A stretch of DNA of 15,425 nucleotides. Source: Chlorokybus atmophyticus (lineage: Eukaryota > Plantae > Mesostigma and Chlorokybus algae). Where the stretch lies: contig RHPI01002998.1 of the NCBI GenBank assembly GCA_009103225.1, positions 161,525-176,949 of the forward strand, in the 5' to 3' direction. Positions 10,401-15,425 of this stretch are shown one piece after another; the first letter of the stretch is position 1; each line of letters opens with the position of its first letter. Position numbers and translations under genes: made by a program. The notes beneath the pieces were generated by a model. That model searched no databases. It saw only the letters and a list, made by a program, of their open reading frames with translations, and was not told where the DNA came from.

Positions 10401-10561
10401 TCGCTCTGGAATGGGAAAAGCGTCGAGGCGGTCCACATCTCGATGTCGTGACTCTGGAGCAAGTAAAAGGCATTGTCCAGCTGCTCCCCATGTTTGACAA
10501 GGACAGCGCCCGTGTACAAGAGGGCAAGTATTGGGTGAACGTTCACTGCACTTCCACGTGA
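7419..10561 (+). CDS. Plavaka-type (CACTA/EnSpm-related) DDE transposase, 6 exons, ~910 aa, with N-terminal C2H-C zinc finger
   Basis: Exons 7419-7943, 8026-8103, 8190-8699, 8796-9029, 9104-9276 and 9349-10561 sum to 2733 nt with no stops. Introns are 82, 86, 96, 74 nt (GT-AG) and 72 nt (GC-AG, in frame). Plavaka motifs appear in order: GDWWKDVE...LAPAILYSDKTT...SGYPLMASLAN; YISDLQ/ETATL...HPCDVCLV; NALWG...APDAMHVLGGIIDHL; WKIEKMHQLTHFGPAIVSSG...SANRMEQTHAQNIKRW; C-terminal WFSTLE...VFVRWY...VKGIVQLLP. N-terminus CPYC...HIISSRVC. Confidence 0.85.
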
Positions 10562-10764
10562 CACATGTACTTGTCTCACTACTCTGAGTTTGGAGCATAT
10601 CAGTCAGTTAGGCATTGCTAATCGTATGCTAAGACTTTTGCATGTGGACGTGTACAATACCGGGCAGCTGTCACTGCACAACTGTCACCACAATCGAATG
10701 ATCCATGCAACATTCAACAATCAGTCCGCCGTGTGGCATTAAGCATCAATACAGTGCACCACAC

Positions 10765-11718
10765 TCAAGCCTCATAGTTCCATGACACAGGAGGGTAGTC
10801 ACAGCGCATATCCATTGTTTCAAGCATGAGACGCCCTATGCACTCCGCCATTGCGGGAGGAACTGCATTCGCTATGGAAACGGCCGAGGTCATCCATGGC
10901 ACTCCCAGCGCTGTTTGCCACGCAGCAATGCCGCCCCTGGTGCTTGGAAGGCCATAGACCGGGTACATCTGCTGTGGCGCGTTTGATGTCACGATTGTCT
11001 TCTTCGCGCTAGCGGACAGGTGCGGCGATAGCAGTCCAACTGCCTTGCCCGCGTGCGAGCAGCGTGCTGGTGGGGTAGCTACCACTGGCTGTGTCTCAAA
11101 CAGACGGTGTCGGAAAGTTGATAGGCCAAACATCGTGCCACAAAAGGACAGTTTGGGTCTGAATGAGGAAGCTGCTCCTAGCACATTCTCAATCACAAAC
11201 TTGACCTGGCTTGCAAGCAGCAGACGTCGGACGAGCGGTATCATATCCTGGTGTCTCCAGGATGTGCCATGTGCCGCCCGTTGAGGTGCCGGGATAGCAC
11301 CTGAATAGGCCTGGCATGGTGGACTGGCCCAGATGAGCTCGTACTCGCTCAGCTCTCCTGCACTCAGGGTGCATACATCGCGGTGTATGAAGGGCAGCGG
11401 GTACTCAGAGGAGGGACTTATGTCCATCCCGGTCACGTCAAAGCCTGCGTGGTATAGACCGACACTGGCACCGCCACCGCCGCAGAATAGGTCGAGTGCC
11501 CTTGGTCTGCGTGTGCGTCCCAGCTTGTTGTCAAATGGCGTGTATGTGGTCAAGGCTGGCCGTGGTGCTGGCCAGGGACTAACAATGATGCCGTCCGGGC
11601 TTACTTTGCGACTGATGTTCTCCCCTCCGGCGCGCAGAACATGGCGTGCCCCGTCAACTGATGTGTACGCATACGTTGTGCCCTTTGAAGTTGATGGTTT
11701 GTGGTCGATCACCGTCAT
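10765..11718 (-). CDS. C5 cytosine DNA methyltransferase catalytic domain, compact bacterial/phage type (probably the last exon of the 12491-start gene)
   Basis: Motif I ALDLFCGGGGASVGL, II GMDI, III FIHRDV, IV IWASPPCQAYS (catalytic PC), VI FVIENV, VIII FCGTMFGLSTFRHRLFE, and IX/X-like LGVPWM...IANAVPPAMAECIG. The frame is uninterrupted. Its true 5' boundary is uncertain. Confidence 0.9.
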   Translation of the reverse strand: MTVIDHKPSTSKGTTYAYTSVDGARHVLRAGGENISRKVSPDGIIVSPWPAPRPALTTYTPFDNKLGRTRRPRALDLFCGGGGASVGLYHAGFDVTGMDISPSSEYPLPFIHRDVCTLSAGELSEYELIWASPPCQAYSGAIPAPQRAAHGTSWRHQDMIPLVRRLLLASQVKFVIENVLGAASSFRPKLSFCGTMFGLSTFRHRLFETQPVVATPPARCSHAGKAVGLLSPHLSASAKKTIVTSNAPQQMYPVYGLPSTRGGIAAWQTALGVPWMTSAVSIANAVPPAMAECIGRLMLETMDMRCDYPPVSWNYEA

Positions 11719-12491
11719 CGAATACTATACGGTGCTGCCCTGCAAAGACATTTTCCATTGCACCATGCATATATGATGCGTCCTCAATCTCGCACGCCAC
11801 GAAGCGATGCTGACCTGACGCTTGCTTGAATGATTCCACAACGCCCGCATACCATTCCCCATCCAGCGGCCAATGCACCATGACACTCACACCGATCAGC
11901 TGCTCGCATCCCAACTTAACTGCGTTCCGCAGCTGATGCAGTGCGCTGTCCAACGGTCGATGGTCTGCCTCCTCTACAGCGGCCAGGGGATGGAACTGCC
12001 CACGCCCACACCGTGCAAGACTGCTCTGAATGCGACAACAGCTTCAACATGCATGAAATAAGCATACGCCCAACATAACATGCAGTGATACGTCGCGGTC
12101 CACTCTCGTGGATTACCTCCACAGCATCCACCACCTGTCCACTAACCACATGTCCCGGTGTTGTCCATGTGAAGAAGCGCATGGGTTCCCCTCGCCACTC
12201 GAAGCATGAGCGCCAGCACGATTCGCACACGCACTGCACGCAATGGAAAAACTCGGGTTCCTTGCACAGCACTTGGCCGAGGCGGCAGCCAAACACGTCG
12301 ACATTGTGTGTGGTGTGATGCCAGCAAGCAGCACTAAAACCGTGGCACACTGTCTGCACTCGCTGGCATTCGGTCAAGTGTGCTCGCATTTGCTGCCTAC
12401 GGCCATTGGCACATACGTACGCATTGCATTGTGGGCACACCAAGCATGGTCTCCTAGGCGAGGGTGATTCAACTGCTGCCGCCGACATCAT
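11675..12491 (-). CDS. N-terminal exons (Cys-rich/C2HC zinc fingers plus Tudor domain) directly upstream of, and probably fused to, the methyltransferase
   Basis: Exons 12491-12117, 12025-11815 and 11739-~11675, with GT..CAG introns of 91 and 75 nt and consistent phases. They contain CPQC...RAHLTEC (C2HC/UBZ-like) and FHCVQCVCESCWRSC. After splicing: LIGVSVMVHWPLDGEWYAGVVESFKQASGQHRIVFDDGDRPQTINF, the plant MSH6/PDS5-like Tudor pattern G..V.V.WP.D..WY.G.V......H.I.(Y/F)DDGD. Confidence 0.7.
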
Positions 12492-12534
12492 GCAAAATAG
12501 GAATCGGCACGGCTGCCCACAAACTGAGCGAGAC

Positions 12535-12583
12535 TTTAGGGTATGGGCATCAATTTAGGGTTGCCAGCTTACGAACCCTAAAT
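12535..12583. promoter_or_regulatory. Telo-box cluster (TTTAGGG x2, AACCCTAAA) forming a 10-bp inverted repeat, just upstream of the Tudor-methyltransferase gene
   Basis: TTTAGGG at 12535-12541. ATTTAGGGTT (12553-12562) and AACCCTAAAT (12574-12583) are separated by an 11-nt spacer. The cluster is 45-90 nt upstream of the ATG at 12491 (- strand). Confidence 0.5.
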
Positions 12584-12629
12584 GGGTCAAACTTCAAGTG
12601 AAGCACGACTGTACCTTATACGCTATTGC

Positions 12630-12684
12630 AGTACCATGCATGGTACTACATCAACATGAATGGTACTCTATCTGTTAATGGTAC
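12630..12684. repeat. 18-bp palindrome plus two AATGGTAC repeats
   Basis: AGTACCATGCATGGTACT (12630-12647); AATGGTAC at 12659-12666 and 12677-12684. Confidence 0.85.
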
Positions 12685-12974
12685 TACAGTACAAGGATAC
12701 TCGCATACTACCACGATCGTAGAGTAATACTGTGCTGTCATGCCATGGAACCCAGAGCGCTGTCCGAGTTTGTTGCTGTCAACCACGCTCTAAACCAGCG
12801 AGGTATGCAAGCCATGCACTGACTCATGCGCCGGGCAGTCATCATACACATGTACAGCCAATGCTTCTAACAACAGCAGATCTCTGGTGCACCATGCACC
12901 ATGCTGCAACTATACATGTACCTACATGGTTCACAGGAAGCCAACACAAAACTACAATACATGCACAATTGGCA

Positions 12975-15400
12975 TCAAGGCGGGGGCCAAATCACCGCCG
13001 ACACGTTGGCGTCTTGCATCAGGCGTGGCGACCAAAACGGGTGAGGTTGCTTGCAGAATGGACACGCTTGTAGATTCTTTGATTTATTTGCCACAGTCTT
13101 CTGATGTGCTATGATGCAGACATGGCACATCGCTTTCTTGCAACAGGGCGTCTCCCCATCCGCTGGGGGGGGGTGGCTCTTCAATGCGACAGATCAGCAC
13201 ACATGGTGCACGCGGGTGTGCAAGCTGCCTCTGCCACCAAACTCTGTTATCGCGTCGCAGGCGTAGCGACTCCCATCTGAATGGCGCAGCATAACGCTCC
13301 ACTGCCTGCTCGATCACCTGACGCCCATCTGCCGCCATACACCACCTGCTGGTCTTGGTGGTCTCGTCCAGCATGCGTTCATCCAGGCCCTCGACATGGC
13401 TGTCGTCACTCGTGTACTCCCCCGCATCGTCATTTTCTTCGAGCTTCCACAGAATCAGCTCGACGTGCCGTATGACATACAGCCACTGCCAGCCAAAGCA
13501 TGCCAAGTACAGCTCGAATGGTTTTACTTGCCACCCAGTATGTTTGCTCAAGTAGTGGCACACATCTCGACCCGCATTAGTCGACATCGACAGGTACATC
13601 TGATGCAGCAGGTCGAAGTTCTGCTCCGCAGATAGCTCTTGCACATTGCCGGGGTGCTGCGGCAGCAACAACACCATCATATCGAGGACGGCGAGGGGCA
13701 ACAACGTACTACGGATGGCCATATCGTGTATGGGTTCCAACCACGGCCAATCCCCAGAGGTCTGTTTAGACCGCATTCTCCGCGTTTGCTCCCACTTATT
13801 GCAAACTTTCGTCACCCACCTCGAGGCATGCCGCATGCGGTGATGCAGCGCGTCTTGGGCGTACTGTAGGGTGATCAACTCCTTTGCACTACGAGTCAGC
13901 CCCCCAAAGCGTCTGCGCGTCGGTGCTTTGAGCTTAGGCAGCTCGTGCCGCACCGGCTGTCTCTCTGGACGATGCTGAGCAGCCACTTGACGCTGTAAAC
14001 CCGCCTGTGCCTACTCAGGACACACAGTCAGCCCCAGTGAGGCTTCAAGGCGCTGTGCTTCTTCTAATGTTGTAACGATGCCTCACCTTTCCTTTTTTGG
14101 TCCTGTCAGCGTCCTTTGTTCCAACAACCTTCTTCTTTTTTTTTTTGTCACCCTGCACATCCTGGCAGGCGCTCTCCGTGGCACTGTCACTCAGAGGAGG
14201 TAAGGCGTTATCTTCTTGCTCCACAGCCTTGCGCTTGTTGGTTGCCTCCCGTTCCTCCACGACCTCATGTTGCTTCATGAGGTCGAGCATGAAGCCTTTG
14301 TCTTTCAGCGCAGCTTTCAGGACACCTCGATCAATCTCTTTACCAACAAGACAGGCTGGGATCAATGTGGCAAGCTTAGAGGGAGAGGGCGAGCTACAGC
14401 TGCTTCTTGATGGAGATGCCTCCGGATGGTCAGAGTGCGGTGGCAAGTGAGTCTCCGCGGCAGGAAGGGAGGGTGCTGAATTGGGATTGCGAGCATGTGG
14501 CTGTGGTTGAGGGGAGGCAGGATGTGCAGAACACTCGGCTACTTCTTGCCTAGCACACGAAGGCGAGGCCTGAGGCGTTGGCGCAGCACTCTGGGTCACA
14601 GCCGGTGGTAGCGGGGAATTGGCAACGCCATGCCGCCACTCTCCGATCAGGTGTGTTACCTCCGGTGGCACTTCATGCATAGGCCACGACCACTGTTCGG
14701 TGCTTGCAGGCTTGAGGAGCCAAAAGTGTGCTTCTGGCTCATCAGGAGCAGTGTTGCCCACCACCAGGACTGAGTTGGGGGCTTCTTTATTTCCAACCCA
14801 AACTGCGCTGCCGGGCCGTGGCACCCACTCCCCATGCTCGCGCTGAACGGTCACGCAGCCAATCAACAAGCCCAGCTTGTTGGCAAACATGGTCATCTGC
14901 AGGTGCTCGACGTACACATCTTTTCTCCGCACGATCTGTCGCACCTTGGCCATGGCTAGGTCAATGTTGCAGTTGATATCAGCCAACATGGTCGCAGGCA
15001 GTTTGTCGTAATACTGCGCCATCTCTCCCGCGGCACCAGTGGCTCTGCAGAAGTCTAGGATTCTGCTCGCCACGCCTGCATCGACAGCCTTGGCGGTGAT
15101 TTTGCGGAGAGTGTGCCCCCTGCCGTCGTCGTCCATGGTGTCCAGCATGGCCCAAAATCTGCTCGAGCTGGGGCACTTGTGATCATCCAGGACACTTTGC
15201 GCTATGGATGGCCTGGCGCGAAATACACAATGGTAGAAGCAGTTACCATCCGTTGGCGCATTGAAGTGGTCCCATGAGGCGAGCTGGCCACCTAGCATGC
15301 CTGATGGCCGTATGCGGGTTGCGGCCAGCTCCTCTGATGTCTCGCTGGCAGGTGGTGACCCCTGCTGCATGCGCATACAGCACTCACATGGTGTGTCCAA
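12975..15400 (-). CDS. OTU-like cysteine protease (deubiquitinase) with Pro/Ser-rich linker, Lys-rich NLS-like stretch, unknown domain and C-terminal RING-like finger (~780 aa in window; 5' end outside window; one frameshift in a C9 run)
   Basis: Exon 15400-14087 has HFNAPTDGNCFYHCVF (OTU catalytic D..C) and a late EAHFWLL (catalytic His). An 82-nt GT..CAG intron (14086-14005) joins it in phase 0 to 14004-~13170. Removing one C from the 9-C run (G at 13165-13173) gives PCVLICRIEEPPPADGETPCCKKAMCHVCIIAH...QACPFCKQP, a RING-like pattern, ending at the stop 12975-12977. An acceptor-like CCACAG precedes 15400. Confidence 0.75.
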
Positions 15401-15425
15401 CTGTGGACGGCAAGAGTCACAGTGA

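Larger units (their letters stand above)
7067..15425. mobile_element. Putative giant Plavaka-like DNA transposon with cargo (boundaries not visible; may extend over the whole window and beyond)
   Basis: An intact transposase sits in a compact gene cluster: 203 bp to the methyltransferase stop and ~480 bp between the OTU-RING stop and the methyltransferase-gene ATG. No TIR or TSD was identified, so the extent is inference. Confidence 0.5.

Noticed and set aside
10765-11718. Prokaryotic restriction-modification or phage locus
   Set aside because: There is no endonuclease or phage gene, and neighbouring genes have spliceosomal introns and plant-specific domains.
11333-11776. 147-aa plus ORF
   Set aside because: It is antisense to the MTase motifs I-IV.
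12535-12583. Telomere or interstitial telomeric array
   Set aside because: There are only three isolated units, not tandem, which fits telo-box promoter motifs better.
7067-12700. Terminal inverted repeats formed by the two GTAC clusters
   Set aside because: The reverse complement of the right cluster does not align with the left beyond the 7-8-nt motif, and no TSD or CACTA terminus was seen.
14097-14450. 117-aa plus ORF with FFFFF
   Set aside because: It is antisense to the Lys-rich segment of the OTU gene.
1-15425. CRISPR arrays, tRNA or rRNA genes
   Set aside because: No regularly spaced repeats, cloverleaf or rRNA signatures were recognised.

Overview
Eukaryotic, intron-containing DNA (~50% GC; introns mostly 54-96 nt, GT..AG). 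It is probably from a streptophyte (land plant or charophyte alga), because it carries a plant-specific ZF-HD zinc finger and telo-box/site II motifs. The supplied ORF track hides the content because the genes are spliced. Hand-splicing gives six tightly packed genes: (1) an F-box protein (+), (2) a 7-exon gene with a ZF-HD dimerisation finger plus a PHD/CW-like finger and no homeodomain (-), (3) an orphan gene with an acidic tail (-), (4) an apparently intact 6-exon, ~910-aa Plavaka-type (CACTA-related) DDE transposase (+), (5) tail-to-tail with it, a bacterial/phage-type C5 cytosine methyltransferase preceded by Zn-finger and Tudor exons (-), and (6) an OTU-like deubiquitinase spliced to a C-terminal RING-like domain (-, 5' end outside the window). 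Palindromic AATGGTAC clusters lie upstream of both the transposase and the methyltransferase gene. The best interpretation (inference) is part of a giant Plavaka-like DNA transposon carrying a DNA-methylation, chromatin-reader and ubiquitin cargo. The element ends are not visible here. All domain calls come from motif recognition by eye; no database search was run.
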